Assembly: GCA_030704615.1 (NCBI GenBank)
Contig: CM060733.1
Span: forward strand, 56,420,001 to 56,484,000
Source of the DNA: Takakia lepidozioides
Taxonomy: Eukaryota; Plantae; Bryophyta
Direction: 5' to 3'
Length of the DNA: 64,000 bases
The position numbers were made by a program, and so were the translations under genes. Of the stretch, positions 13,601 to 26,948 are shown piece after piece. How positions within the stretch are numbered: the first letter of the stretch is position 1; every line of letters starts with the position of its first letter. Below the pieces are notes generated by a model. It was not told where the DNA came from, searched no databases, and was given only the letters and a program-made list of their open reading frames with translations.

Positions 13601-16600
13601 ATCAAAAGGTGTAATCTTAACACTAAGAGTTCTGTGAACGTTCAATAAAAAAATTCCGTAGGGAAGAGCTCAAGATAGAATATGTCAATGCCTATCCAAT
13701 TGCTCCAAGATCTCCCCTCTTCCTTGGGTGATACAAGAAGAGAGGTTGAAAGAGCTGTGGACTCTTGGGAGAGTTCTGTCATTTCTGTTGCTGATAGGAT
13801 CATCGGAAGGAAACTAATTGTATGCGAAAGAGCAGTGAATTGGTGGACCAACGAGATCAAGCTTAAGATCTCTGAGAGACAGGCGCTTTATGGCAACTGC
13901 TCTAATATTAAAGATGACAGAGAGTTGTAGTCTAGATACCAGCTGCAAAAAGATGTATATGGCTAGTAAAGGTTCTAAAGAATATATATTGGGAAGAGTT
14001 GTACCGTGACGTAAACTTGGTGGTAGTGATAAAAGATACTAGGCCTACCTTGGAGTACATGTCTGCCCTGTGGGTGCAACTCCAACCATGCTAACACTCC
14101 AGAATCTATTCAGCTTTTGGCTCTGAACGAGAGCATGTCAGCGTGCTCTAGATCAGCTAACAAGGGCGAGTTTGGCATACCACCCTTGAGCTCTCAACGT
14201 GATGAGCTCAAGGTCAGATGGTGGGGTCAGTTGAATCGCATGCCTAATACCAGATACCCTAAGATGATTGACTCTGTTTCTTGGAAGCAAGACTGTGCGG
14301 AAAAAGGTAGAGGAGTTCTCAAACGCCTGAATATTAGGCAGGAATATCTCACCCTGCTAGATGAAGGCCATGTCAGAAGCCAAAGAATGACCGAACAAAA
14401 CAAAGTTAAAACTTCCAGTTTGTGATATGGGTGAAGATCTTATGAACGATTTGAAGGGCCTGTGCAGTTTATTTAAAAAGGCAAACTGTCGATGTAGTTT
14501 CAATGCTGTCTTGCTTGGCAAAGCTAAATGGATTCCGTCTTTCAACCTCTAATGAAAAAGTCGCAGCCCTCTATGGCTTTGTATGGCGAAATGGAGGGAA
14601 GTTGGGGTGCGGATGTTTGTTTGTTCATGTTATTCTGTCTGCGTCTTTGCATTGCATGGAGGACTCGTTGGTTGGGTATTGCTACTTTTAGCCAGTTCCA
14701 AAAGTGGCATGTTTTCTGAATGGATCACGCATTAGCCAAGAGTCTATGGGATATGTCCAGGTGGTCTGGATACATTCATTTCCTGAAAGAAGCTTCAGTA
14801 CTGACCAGTGAAACTGGCTCTTGGATGGGTAATGGATTACACCAGGTGGGGCTGCTGTCCCTGAATCTGGGAATATGCCCCCACTTAACAAAATTGGAGA
14901 TTGAGGCAGCCCAGATGACAATGCTGGATTTACGAGGATGTGGTGCTCTCTCACAAGCCTCCATTCGCTGTCCCCGTCTTTTGTCCCTCGATGCGTCCTA
15001 CTGCAGGTACACTGCTCTGGAAGTCTGGGTAAGGAGGTTCACTTGATAGAAGGTTGTGATTCAAGCACATGTGCCTCTAGCTCTACCTTTGGATGGAATG
15101 TGATTATTCTTGAAAACTCATGAGAGTGATAGTTGAATCCTGCCACCTGCAATGACCAGTCCTTTCTCAAGAGTTAGACTGATTAATATGTAATGATTTG
15201 CGGTGTGTGCAGCCAGTTGAGTGATGACTGCCTCGCTGCCACAACGGCGGCATGCCCAGCCATACAATCGCTTGTGCTGGCGGCATGCCCTGCAGTAGGC
15301 CCTGCAGGCCTGCTCGCATTGAAGAAGCTGCGTGACCTGACCACACTGGATCTGTCATACACTTTCCTCACTGACCTGTCACCCATCTTCGAGGCCTGCC
15401 CTCGTCTTAAGGTAAAAATGATCTTCATATTTCACACAGACGTATTCCTCTGCATTTGTGTAAGAAAGAAGGAATATTCATGACGTCCATAGGGGGTCTT
15501 GAGAACCCATTAACACCTAAAAAACATGACAAAAAAAATTAAAGCCGAATGCCTCATGTAGGTGGGCTGCCAGGAACATCCTCAAACCGTGAATGCATGG
15601 ATAGATTAGAGCTTGGGAAGACTGAGAAGCCATGATCATTCGTCCATTCTCACCAGATTGCTGCTCTATGGAATGAGCGACCATGCACAATGCTGCACTC
15701 GATGCATCCTTATGCAGTTTCCAACTCTTACGGCATTCCTTTAGCTATGAAGTGCACAAGGCTGCTCTTTCATGAGCAAGGACAGCCTTTGCCTTGTGTG
15801 AAAGATACAGACAGTATTGAGCATGTGTGATGCAAGCTGTGAGAGAGTTTATGGATGATTGCAAAAGTTCATTCATTCAAAAACCAATTAAAACAAAGTT
15901 AGGGATGAAGGTATATCTTGTGTGTCAGGTGAAGACCTTCACGGGGACACAGAGAGGGAGAGAGAATGTACTCATGAGACGTTGTTTGCGCAGCCTTGTG
16001 GCCATAGACCCTGCACCCAGTTTGGGCGGAAGAGGGAAAAGACACTACCTTTGCAAGGGGCTCACTCCACTAGTGGGACTTGACTTGGTATAGCATTTTG
16101 TTCAGGACAGATGTCCTCTAGAAATCCCTCCACACAAGCGTCAATTTACTGTGTGCGAGCTGCCCAGCAGTTAGTAATTCAGGAGGCCAGGGCTTTAGAC
16201 TCAACCTAGAGAATTTGGTGAGAGAGATAGTTGATAGATAGCATGTACTCATAAGACATTGTTTGCCGCAGCTTGTGGCCATTGACCCTGCGCCCAGTTT
16301 GAGCAGAACACAAAGGGCCAGAAACTACTTTTGTCTGGGGCTGACACCGGTAGTATGACAGGGATATATATATATATAGAGAGAGAGAAATGAAATGAAA
16401 TGGTGCTTTATAACGTCCGCAGAAAGCTCATAGAGCTTATGGGACAAAATGGAAGAAAACATGAGAGAGGAACAAAACCAGAACCCAAGAATAAGAACTA
16501 ATGTTCTAGCGATTGTCTAAGGGTGAAGGCCTCGTGCAGGTAGGCTGCCAAACATTTTGAAAGAGAGAGAAGAGAAATGCATTACATTCTTCGTTCTTGG

Positions 16601-19600
16601 TATCACCAGTAGTTCTGTGTTTGAAATAGATTAATGTGGTTGCCTTGGATTTGAGTGTTGAGAGTTTTCAGTGGTGGTGAGAGACAAACCCAGGGGATAT
16701 GAGTAATTCATGTGCTTGGCAATTGATAGTGAGAGACAAAACTCATGGGTATGTGCAAAAGCTGTCTTCACCTACTTGGCTGGGGGCTTTATCGTCAATT
16801 TTTTATTTATTTGACCACTCATCATTATGCCTCCGTTGGGTTGTTGGGATGGAAGGTGCTACGGCTCTCAGCGTGTAAGTATCTTGGAGAGACAGCTCTT
16901 GATGCTTTGCATGGAGGCAAGGTGCTGTCTGAACTGAGGGAGCTGGACATGTCCTATGGGAGTTTGGGCCCCATGGCGATTGAAGGAGTGTTAGCACTTT
17001 GCCCCCATCTCACCTATGTCAGCCTCAATGGCTGTGGTAATGTGACTGACCACCTCTGGAGCCGCCTTGCTTGCCCTCCTCTGCCAGTGGACTCAAGCAC
17101 CTCTGAAGATACAGGCATGGAGGATGCTGGCACCTATGATGCAGTCACAGATCAGCAGAGTCCCATGGATGTTGCATTCCCTCGGGTTAGTACTCCTGCT
17201 GATGGCGTACAATTGATGGAAGACAATGTGGCTGTGGGAGAGAGGAAGGATGGAGCTTGGGGTTTGCGGGGTACTGGTGATTGCTCACATGATTCTGGGT
17301 GTGAATTTGAGCCTGTGACTAGCTCAGGCATGTCTGGCCTGCACATTGAATCTTCCCCAGGGGAGGTTCAGTGGAGCTGTGAACATGGTGAGGGTCAACA
17401 GCAGTTGTTCACACCAATGCTGGACGCCGAAGTAGCTGAATCAGTACGTGCGCTCCAGACGCTTAATTGTGTGGGATGCCCCAACATTCGAACTGTTGTG
17501 ATCCCACAGCATGCTGCCTGCCTCCATCTCGCATCACTCAATCTCTCCCTGTCCAACAACATCCGGGAGGTTCGCCTTGGATGCATCAACTTGACGTCAC
17601 TTAACCTGAGGTGAGGTCAATTGCTTTTCTATGGTGAGGAACTACTCAGACGGGAGTGGTAGATGCAAACCTATCCTGTCAATCAGCTGATCTCAATCAG
17701 TCAAAGGTTCACCCGTTCCTTCTGGGATTGTCATGTATGAGTCTCCCAACCAAACTTTGACACAATGTAGATGATATACCGATTTCTTAGTGGGACTACT
17801 TTAGTTATGGGTGTTATCTACATCAAGCATTGCCCAGAGATTAGAGATTGAGGTAAGCTAGACAGTCATGACAAGGAGTCGTCTTGGGGCCACTTTACAC
17901 TACACCTCAGTTGAGAACCCAGCATTAAGTGTCCCAGATTCACCCCTTGTCCTTACTTGGGGCCTGGACACTTCACACCTGGTTCTCAATTGAGTATGTG
18001 ACGCTTCGGACCTCCAAGAGGTGCCTGATACGTTGCCAGTCGCAGCTGCTGGCACCAACCAGTGGCCCACGACAGCTGTGACAGCGCTGCCTGATGCTGC
18101 CCCAGCTACTAGTACCTCAGGCTGAAAATTAGAAAAGCATGGGCGTTTACTTTCATTTGTGAGCACTGCACACTCAGGTAGTAATGGTCTCTCATTAGAT
18201 CTATTGGAGCGGGACTGAAGCCTACAGTACTTTCAATTGTGGGCTCTAGTGTCAAGTGGCCCTCATGTCCCCTTCATGTACCCATGGCCATCCCAGCAGA
18301 AGTCAACATAACAGATCATGTAACTCAGAAGAAAGTGCTCTGTCACGTTGGTCGGAGGATCAGTTCTAGGTGTACAAATGAAGAAGTCGACTTTGTTTGT
18401 TATGAGTATAAAGGCAAGTCAGAACCCAGCATGTGTACCACAGGAATAGCTCACTGTCCTTGAAATGCTAAGGCCTGGAAGGTTTATGTTGTGAGAGTTG
18501 TCTTTCCTTAGTCTCTGGAATTGGCAGAGGGCAGGAAGGTAAAGGGATAAAGCACTGATCTCATTAAAAATTTAAACGTCCTGTGATTGGTGGCATATAC
18601 TCTGGGGATTTTAGCAATTGCGCAGCGTTGGTTGTCCTTGAGCTGGAATGCCCTCGCCTCATCACCCTCTCGCTTCAGGTATTTTATTGCACTGCCACTC
18701 CTATGAAATGTGGGTTATATGGCTAGACCTCATGATGAGTTTCAACCACTCTATCCACTTCAGCCAATTGCACTTGCTCACATGGGATATGGGCACGAAA
18801 TCCGGAGATAAACTGAACTTGCAAACGGAGTCAGAAGAAAGGAGCACCCCAACATGAGTATATGGCTGCAGAAAGGATCCCGGGAGAATTTTTAGCTTAT
18901 GTAGGAATTCTAGTGGGAAGAGTTTTAAGTTATCGCTTTTTGTTAGTGGAGATCCCACATGCTTTCAGGTCTCTTGTAGATTAATTGGAGGAATGTTGTG
19001 CAGGCCTGTGGTATTGAAGCCGATGTGTTGGAGCAAGCGGTTCATGGCTGCAGCTTGCTGGAGACCTTGGATGTCCGCAATTGCTCTAAGGTATGTGTAA
19101 AGCAAATTACCTCACTAGGTTTATTTGAACCCTGTAAGCCCCATAAGCAGGATTCAGATGCCAGGTGTTCAAAGTTGCAGGAAATCCCAGCCCTGTTTGA
19201 GTTTTGTCCGCTGCCATCACTCTTACTGCGAAAGATGGGTATGACGAAAAGAGTTACAGCTGGAGCTTGTCATGTGTCATACTTGTACTCCTGAGGCATC
19301 TTCCTCCTTCAGCTGTTTGAAGCACTAACATGCCCTTCGACCTCAGTTGGACTACATTTTGCAAACTCCGTCTGGGGATATGATACCCAGGGCTACCTTT
19401 CTGAAGCTGCTAACATGCACGTGAAGGCATAAATATGCCATGCAGGCAGTGCCCAGTTTTGATGAAATTTGGGGAAAAAAAATTGCATGTCTAGTTCTTG
19501 TAAGATGTTTCTTGTACCACCAGGGGACTCATTTCTGAGGAGTGCTGGCAGGTTTCTTCAAGAGCATTGGGTCGCATGCGTTCTGTCTGCAATGGGCTCA

Positions 19601-19629
19601 AGCGCCTGTACAGCACATCCTCTTTCTAG
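4616..19629 (+). CDS. F-box/LRR-repeat protein 15-like (SLOMO/FBXL15-type), about 17 exons
   Basis: Approximate GT-AG exons: 4616-5562, 5883-6150, 6600-6732, 7181-7283, 7734-7934, 8023-8293, 9224-9322, 9964-10052, 10594-10693, 11351-11521, 12063-12215, 14846-15006, 15213-15410, ~16856-17610, 18615-18678, 19004-19090, 19551-19629. F-box MDLTDDLLHK|VFSFLDADSLCKAAMVCRQW is followed by many cysteine-containing LRRs (LDVSSCHKLSDAGVR, CPWLREVDLTECESLTDS, LSLNLGICPHL). Ends LKRLYSTSSF*. Confidence 0.9.
7417..7541 (-). mobile_element. Short LINE 3'-end fragment (related subfamily) in an intron
   Basis: TGTACTCGTAAGAC...GCCGTAGCATTGTGGCCATAGACC resembles the LINE 3' end at 726-800. (TG)nAGA lies on both sides. 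Confidence 0.75.
8530..8730 (-). mobile_element. Degenerate LINE 3' fragment in an intron
   Basis: GAGGGGCTCACTCCA and TTCACACAAGCATC.ATCTGCTG...GGGCTTT.GGCT.AGCCTCGAGA match the other copies. Confidence 0.65.
12272..12660 (+). mobile_element. Two tandem LINE 3'-end fragments between (TC)n runs
   Basis: Encodes AQALLGPSSWANHTQQIDAYVKGFLEDIWK. Ends GCAAACAACGTCTTATGAGTAC, then a second end CTACGGCAAACATAGTCTTATGAG followed by (TC)n. Confidence 0.85.
13430..14470 (+). mobile_element. Old, internally deleted LINE of the same superfamily
   Basis: SIVDYIIV (endonuclease end), NWWTNEIK and GEFGIPPLSSQRDELKVRWWGQL, homologous to 1373-1816. Confidence 0.75.
15960..16370 (-). mobile_element. Two LINE 3'-end fragments adjacent to GA runs
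   Basis: TGTACTCAT(G/A)AGAC...TTGTGGCCAT at about 15967 and 16244, homologous to 726-900. Confidence 0.8.
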
Positions 19630-22524
19630 GGCAGAGGGGAAGGCTGGTTGGCAAAGGCCTTCTGGTTGGTCTATGTCATCACTTGGCATCCATCAGTTCA
19701 GAGCAAAGATCAACACCATGAGACGGGCATGCAAACCAAGCCGCACAACAAATGTTTACATTACAGGCGCCATTCCCGCAAGGTCCTTGCAAAGCTGAGT
19801 AAGGATCCAATACTGCAAAAAAGACACGAAATTCACCACTTTGACACAGAAGGAATGTTTTACTCAGTAATCACTTCTGATTTGGTCTTTGTGATGTGTT
19901 ATTTGGTCTTCATAAACCAGTATTCTGGTTTGATTTGGACCTGATTCAGGAGCCTTGGGGGCAACTGTATGAATCTCATTGCCCCTAATTTACTATGGGC
20001 AATGGTGCAACAATAGGATACATTGCTGATTTTCTCTACTTATCAAGAAGCATGTCAGTGGATGTGACTTCTTTCTTCAATTATTTTCACTCTTTTGTTT
20101 CTTACATCTGTCCGAGAACGATAACTCCTTATGGTCATCGAGTTTATTCCTGCCATGCAAACTTCTTGTGAACACTAGGCCTGCTTCCAGACTGGGTCCT
20201 GCCATAGTTTGATAAGGGAGGCGGGCCATAGGGACCACCTCATAACATGCACGCTTGTTGCACTAAGATGAAAGAAAGTGAAAGGGCTCCTATGTTTGCA
20301 TAGAGTGTGCATGTTTGTTTCACTATCCTACTGTCTTAAATTTGGTTGTCGGACCCAGGGGTGCTGTAAGCAGATGTGTCTGAGGCAGGCATAAATTATG
20401 CCCTGGCAGGTACTAGATTTTTCCAACACATCTGAGGAGGCTTTGTAGATGGCCAATCACTGACTCCACAAAGTGGTCTTTGTGTAGTCAATTGCTACGA
20501 AGACTAATATGTGATTGGTGGAGCCGGTTGCCAGGTCATCCAACTGGATGATGTGGATCAGTTAGTGGTGGTGCCGGTTCCTGGATGCAGGAGGCTAAAA
20601 CCTGTTGAAAATTATATATAAATCTTTTTTAGAACCCAGCAAGCAAAAGCAGTGATGTCTCTGATAGCTTGACCTCTGGGGAGTTGGATTAAACTGTCTG
20701 CGGATGGTTATGTATGTCCTACTCTACCTGCATAAATGCTTTGATTCTTAGTATTGTGATTTCTGTTGCTTTGTGTATTGCATCCAAGCTATGATGCTTG
20801 TTGCAAAGCTAATTATGTTAACCCTTAAGTGCCCAATCTACCAGTCATGGATTACCTTTTCAACTGGGGTTACCAGGTTCTGGTTAACTCTGATGGAGGA
20901 GCCGCAAAGCATCTCTTTTTTTGAGCTTGATCACCATTTGTCCATCAAGCTACTTGCAAAATGTATGCCTTGCTTCAGAATTGGGGCAGGGCAGGTGAAA
21001 TACACATGGTTTGGTTCGGTTCTTTTGTGAGTTTGACCTCAGATCCATTTGGAAGGAAGATCAGATTGCCCTGGATTGCACTGCTGGATCTTGAAAAAAC
21101 CTTGTAGAGGGAAGGACTGATCTCATTATAGTTATTGTTTAGTGCGGTAATTGGTTTGTAGCTCATGGTTTGGGCAAATGTAGTCAAAACTTGGCCAGGT
21201 AGGCTGCTGAAAAAATGTTGAGAAGATGGGCTTAAAAATGGAGACCCAAATTTGCTGGAGGTTGAAACGCAAAATCTACAAAGGAAGGTATCGGACCTCC
21301 CATTGGAAGGCTAGAGAAGACTGGGTTGCTTTAGATGGCTAGGCTTCACAAGGTTATTTTTCTTGTTTCTTTGCATGAATCCTTTGAAAACAAATACAGG
21401 AGAGGTTGAAGTCCTATAGTTGATGAGTTATATGGTTTTTACAGCAAATTCAAACATTATGACAAGCTGATCATCAACCAGATCAGTCAGATTGATGGTC
21501 ATCTTGCCTGATATTTTCTCGGTTTTATGTGGTAATGAACTTGCTTCAATACAACTGAAAAGATCTAACCTCAGCAAGAGGTCCTCTTTCGAAGTAGTTA
21601 TTGGGGTAGCCTATGTTGTTGGCCCAAGTGTCCAATGTCATCTAAGTCCAAGTGCTATGTATCTAAGTCCTATGTATCCAAGTGCGTCTCCTATCGAGAC
21701 TTCATGTATTGATATATCCAATCATTGTCCAAGGGAAGCCCACGTTGCTGTTTTTTACGACCACATGTACTTGAAATTCAACATCTCCCACACCATAGGT
21801 CCAAAAATCATGAGACCAAGCGGGTGCACCCCTCCTCATCAAGGGCTTTCCAATGGCACCAAGCACCGGGTCTGGCCCGCGGTTTGGGACATATGAACGA
21901 CGCAACAAAACAAAACAAAACAAAACAAACAAGCGGCTCCGCCACAAGAGGCCATGTCCTTTGGTGATTTTGTGGTTGTTGTTTTATACTTTTTCTAGGG
22001 CTATGAATCATTCCCATCAACCCTCCATAGACTAGGCTTAATGGATCCCTAAAGATGTCTCCACAATGCCTATACCCTTGCAGGTCCCATCAACCTTCCA
22101 AAGACTAGGCTCTCTCTCTCTCTCTAGGCTTAATGGATAAGCCTAGTTCTCCGTTCTCCGCCTAGGCAAGAAGTCTCCACAATGCCTCCATCCCTTGCGG
22201 ACAGAGCCAACATCGTTGCATATTGATGTCCTCTAGAAAATCTTCATGTTCATGACCCAATTAGGTCATCTTTTGGCCACTTCACAAAATCTTTGATCTA
22301 TGGAAATGAACTCTCCACTTTATGCTAACCACATTTGCTATCATTCGGCAAATAAACTTTCATAGAATTTCACTATATGAATTTCAAAATTATAAGTTCT
22401 TTAACCTCCAACTTGTAGTTTAATAGGCCCTAAAAGCTTCATAACCCCTATCAAATTACCTAAAAGGGAAATGTTCAACACATGAAGTTCATATCATATG
22501 GAATTTCAGTCATCATGTTAACCA

Positions 22525-22630
22525 CCTATCCCTGAAATTGCATAATTTTGGGGCAAGTTCTTAGGGTACCTACTTTGTAGTGATTTACAAGGGGAGGGGT
22601 GGCTTGAGAGATTTTGGGCATGTAACCACC
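22525..22630. repeat. Dispersed repeat (TE remnant), second copy at about 40849-40955
   Basis: CCTATCCCT.AA.TT...GGGCAAGTTCTT.GGGTAC.T..TTTGTAGTGAT...GAGATTTTGGGCATGT is shared by both loci. Confidence 0.7.
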
Positions 22631-24484
22631 CATTCATATAAAACAAAGGCCCGCCCAACTAAGTACGCAAAGGCCCGCCCAAATGTCTACGACATGTGTC
22701 ACATGCACTAGAGCACTAAATGCGGAGGGATGCCTCCGCATGAGCTTGGCCGTGTGAGCGTGTGAGCGCAGTCAGGCTGACGCCACTTCAGCAGTTCTCG
22801 CCACGTTGGTTCACGGGTGTCACGACACGTCAACAGTCTTCGCGAGCGTGGTTGACGCCACGTCACGTTATGCCACGTCATTTCCATAGGCACGGACCTA
22901 TAACCGCGGATAGAAGAGGCGGAAGGGGGGAATGCTAGATCGTGAGCCCAAAGGCGTGAGGTAGGTGCATATTTCCGCGGAATGATTTACCCTTTCCAGT
23001 CATTGCAGACTACATCTTTAACATCCATCCCACCGCCGACCCTCGTGTCATAAACTGCGATTTGATAAATGTGTGATTGCCGAAGTGACACCTTTGTCCA
23101 TCCCATGAAAGGAAGAATGAGCATGCTAGTTACAACAAGCCTTTGTATCAGTCAATAACAATGTGTAGTAGTAGTTCCCAATGCAGATCCCCAACCCTCA
23201 AAGTTAGTCGGAGTGGAATTGAGGCTTTCCGACGTAAAAATCGCCCAAATGGAATAGACTGATTTAGATATGATCTATATACTAAGCCCTTGCATGTTTG
23301 GAAATTGTTGTGTTTGAATGAAATATTCTTCGAGATGGTTGGGAAGAAAGTCAATGTATTAGTTTGTCTTTACACAAGTGAATGTACTTCTTACGGATGA
23401 ATGTTTGAGGATCTGGATGCATAGTCCTCTGCATAGATGAATGTGTCCAGCTCGTGTGTGTACGTACGTATATATTTGCGGCAGATGTATATATGTAACC
23501 GATGTATATGTAATCGTAGAGAAAAACAAACTGATACAGGCAGGGAGGTGGACAGGCAGGGAGAGATGGAGGATGGCGGACATCAACGTCCGGGGAGAAC
23601 CGGCAGCCAGTTACATGCTAGCCGACTGAATTCCAGAATTTCCGAATGAAATATGAAACCTCAGGAAATGGATCCGAGGGAAAAAATGGCCGAAGTGGAA
23701 ATCAACCGGGTGCCCTACTTTTAGGAAGGATATTTGCCTTTCCATTTCATTACAGACAGGAAATCTGCCTTAGTTGGCAAGGCCTGGACGGATTCCGGCC
23801 CTTCTTATATTACAAAAAATGGAAATGGCCGTCGAAGTCCACCACATGGCAGAAATCCAACGTGCCAGGCCGGGTTACATCCAAGGAAGGGCGTTTAGGT
23901 CAAAAAATATTGAACTCAAAGAGGGCGGGCCCGCGGGCAAACCCTACTAAGTCTGGACGTTGCTCTCGCAGCCCCAGCCCCACGCCTGCTTGCACTCGCT
24001 GCCTGCTATCACAGCTCACCTGTCCACGCGGGTTCAATTCTTCTCCATGTGGTTTGAAGGCATTGACAGGTCCAACTTCTATAAGGATACAATGTTCTTC
24101 ACTTGTTTGAATTGCTTAAAACTGGTTGTGATTATTTATTATTATTATTATTTACTTATTGTTGTGCATTTGACACTTGTGTTGTCAACCGGTTGATATT
24201 TATAAGGGCCGGATTTATAGCTGAACACAAAATAAATCATTAGGAATATTACCGGTTGTAAAGAAATTATCTCGGAAATTGACCGGGTATAGTTACCACT
24301 AAGGGGCAGCAACCGACTGCCCAACCCACTTAGCTGATTGCTGCTGGGACTGAGCGGCTACTGGCTGGTTCAACTGAAATTATTTCCCGGACGCTGGCGG
24401 ACATGACAGAGATGGAAGAGAGACGGCACGAGGCAGGCTTCACGATTACCATGGCATCGAACTGTGTGTTCAATCATATTCAAA

Positions 24485-24650
24485 TCCTAAACCCTAACCC
24501 TAAACCCTAAGCCCTAAACCGCAAACCCTGACCCTAAATCATAACCCTAAACTCCATCTAGCAGAGGTGATGATCGTTGACGATCATCACAACTACCCAA
24601 ATGCCAAAACAGAGCAGAAGTGATGATCGGCACCGATCATCACTTGTTTT
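24485..24650. repeat. Interstitial telomere-like (AAACCCT)n followed by palindrome-containing units
   Basis: Degenerate AAACCCT repeats, then GTGATGATCG....CGATCATCAC palindromes about 52 bp apart. Confidence 0.85.
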
Positions 24651-24689
24651 TATTTATTTTTTATTTATTTTTTCCCGTATTTTTTCATC

Positions 24690-24954
24690 CACCTCCTCAA
24701 AGTCCGTTCGCACACTGGCATTAAAGGTAATGAGGCTGCGGATCTACTTGCTCAAACAGGCGCCTCTAAACCCCCAGTGGACCCTCATATTCACATCGCT
24801 CATACCCATCCTTTTTTATTCATATACCCAGTCTCAGACCCCCCATACCCAAACCAATCCGTAATCTTCTGACCACTATCACCCGTGAAACGAACAAACA
24901 AGCTGCAGTATCTATTAGCCACACCAAAGTCCACATTCAGAAATGGACCCTAGT
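24690..24954 (+). mobile_element. LINE RNase H C-terminal fragment (Dualen/RandI-like)
   Basis: Manual translation gives HLLKVRSHTGIKGNEAADLLAQTGA, the RNase H 'KVxxHxGIxGNExAD' motif. Confidence 0.8.
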
Positions 24955-25294
24955 TATGTCGGCTTTGGCCATGGTCTTTGCTCTCTCTCATTTTCTAAGT
25001 ACTAGGTGCACACTCATATTTGTTGGGCTCTGCCATATTTAGCAACGGCGTGAACCCTGCGCGTGAGCTTGTGAGCACACGCTCACACAACGGTGATGTG
25101 GCGTGAGCCTACGCTCATATCAGCGTACGTGGCGTGAGTGCAAGTTCATGCAACGTGGCGTGAGCATGCTAAGGTGGAGCGGGTATGCTGACGTGCCACT
25201 GCGACTGACATTGCCATGTCATCAGGAACATGTGGCGCCTATAACCGAGGGTCCTATAACTGCGGGACTTGTTTTTCAACACAAGGGAGGAAGG

Positions 25295-25490
25295 AAACCC
25301 TAAACCCCAAACCCTAAACCCTAAACCCTAAACTCCATCTAGCATAAGTGATGATCGTCAACGATCACCACAACTACCCAAATGCGAAAACAGAGCAGAA
25401 GCAATGATTGTCGACGATCATCACGACCTCTACCCAAATGCCAAACCAGAACAGAAGCGATGATCGTCGACGATCATCACTTCTGCCTTG
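25295..25490. repeat. Second telomere-like plus palindrome module
   Basis: (AAACCCT)n-AAACTCCATCTAGCA, then three palindromic units (e.g. GATGATCGTCGACGATCATC). Homologous to 24485-24650. Confidence 0.85.
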
Positions 25491-26431
25491 TTTTTTTTTT
25501 TCTTTTTGTTTTTTGAACAAAGAGAGAGAAGACTTCACCTTGCGGGTACTGCCCCATTTCGGGGGTGGGCCTTTGAAGAAACAGGTGTCCTGCAGGACAC
25601 CAAGTAACCAGGGGTACATAGGGTACCCAGGGTGTACCTAGAGATTTGGATTCCAGTTGCCGTTTGTTGGTAATAATAGTTTTGAGGGATCGGAGTGCCG
25701 TGCCGTGATTGCTTTGAAACATTTATGAATGGGAGGATGGGGATTTGGAAGTTGTCATGTATAGCGTTAATACTGGCATTGTGTATGCCGGCAGTGATGA
25801 CGGTTAGTAGGCAGGTGATCTAGCCTCTACGGTGGATTGCAAGGATGAGTGGGGCATATTTTTGTCGTTTTTCCAAGATCGAGTCATTGGGGTAGCGATC
25901 ATTACAGTATGTAAATTTGATGAAGTGGATGGTGACAGTGGGGATGGTGTAGTGGGTGGTAGGGTGTTAGTGGGTAGGCCTTGGACAAGGAGAATATCAG
26001 GGTAGAGCCTGGCGGGGCAGGTGCATGGTGAATGGGTACATGTACATGGGAGCAGCCATGGTGGTACAGTGTGGTCTGGTGGTCGGCCCTGGTAGGTGCC
26101 GGTGTTAATAAGTGAGAACCACCTGGTTTCAACGCGGCTCAGAATGAGTTTATGGATGTGCCAAACTGCGTGGTTGTGACGAGTGATATGAAGGCCATGA
26201 ATGACTGGATGGGTACATTGGCTAAGGAGGTGTAGCCAGGTGTCGCGTTCATGGTGGGTATTTGAGCATATTGGGCAATATGGGGATGGAAAGAGATGTG
26301 GCCAGAAGATGTGTTTACGTTGATGGCCCATGTATTGGGCGTACCTGAATTTGAGTGTTTGTCGGATTTGTGCATCGGTGATGGCTTTTGTGTGCCAGAA
26401 GTGGTTTGATAGCTTATGATGGAGGACTAGG
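25490..26431 (-). mobile_element. LINE 3' end with CCHC Zn knuckle and restriction-like endonuclease (RLE), 3'UTR and A-rich tail
   Basis: ORF 25804-26331: CPIC...HLLSQC, TRHNHAV (RHN motif) and YPDILLV (PD motif). Plus-strand T-rich tract about 25490-25515 read as the poly(A) tail. Confidence 0.85.
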
Positions 26432-26948
26432 CCTATGACCGATCACCTCATGACGCTAGGCTCAGAGTCCATACTACTCATTTTTGTCACTTGGAAAATG
26501 ACCCCCAAAAAGTGTGATTGGTCATAGGGCTCAAGGTTCATACAAGCATTCTAATTGGTTCAATTTTGGAACCCTACAATTTTGTGTGGACTTCGAGAAA
26601 TCAAGGACTTCCAAGTGTGTTGGGATGCCGAGCGAATGTGGGCATCTTATCAATTTTATCCGGGTTAAAAATGACAAAAAATCATCATTAGATCTTTCAC
26701 CATTGCTAGATGAATGGTCATAGGTGTGTCTACCCCCTAACTCAAAATAAGAGCCACTTCATCTTATAGCTACTGCCCCTTCCAAGGGTGCCCCTTTAGT
26801 AAGACACGCATGCATATGTCTATATGCATGATGTATTAGATGGTGTTAGCTCCAAGTTGTTGTAATTTGTTATGGATAAGGTGTATGCTGTTCAAATATG
26901 TATGGATGGATTTCATTGGGATTTTGAAGTTTGTACTGCTAGAGTGTA

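Noticed and set aside
24485-25490. CRISPR-like array (palindromic repeats with regular spacing); also considered for 46390-46770 and 60870-61020
   Set aside because: The intervening sequences are themselves homologous rather than unique spacers, there are no cas genes, and the context is eukaryotic.
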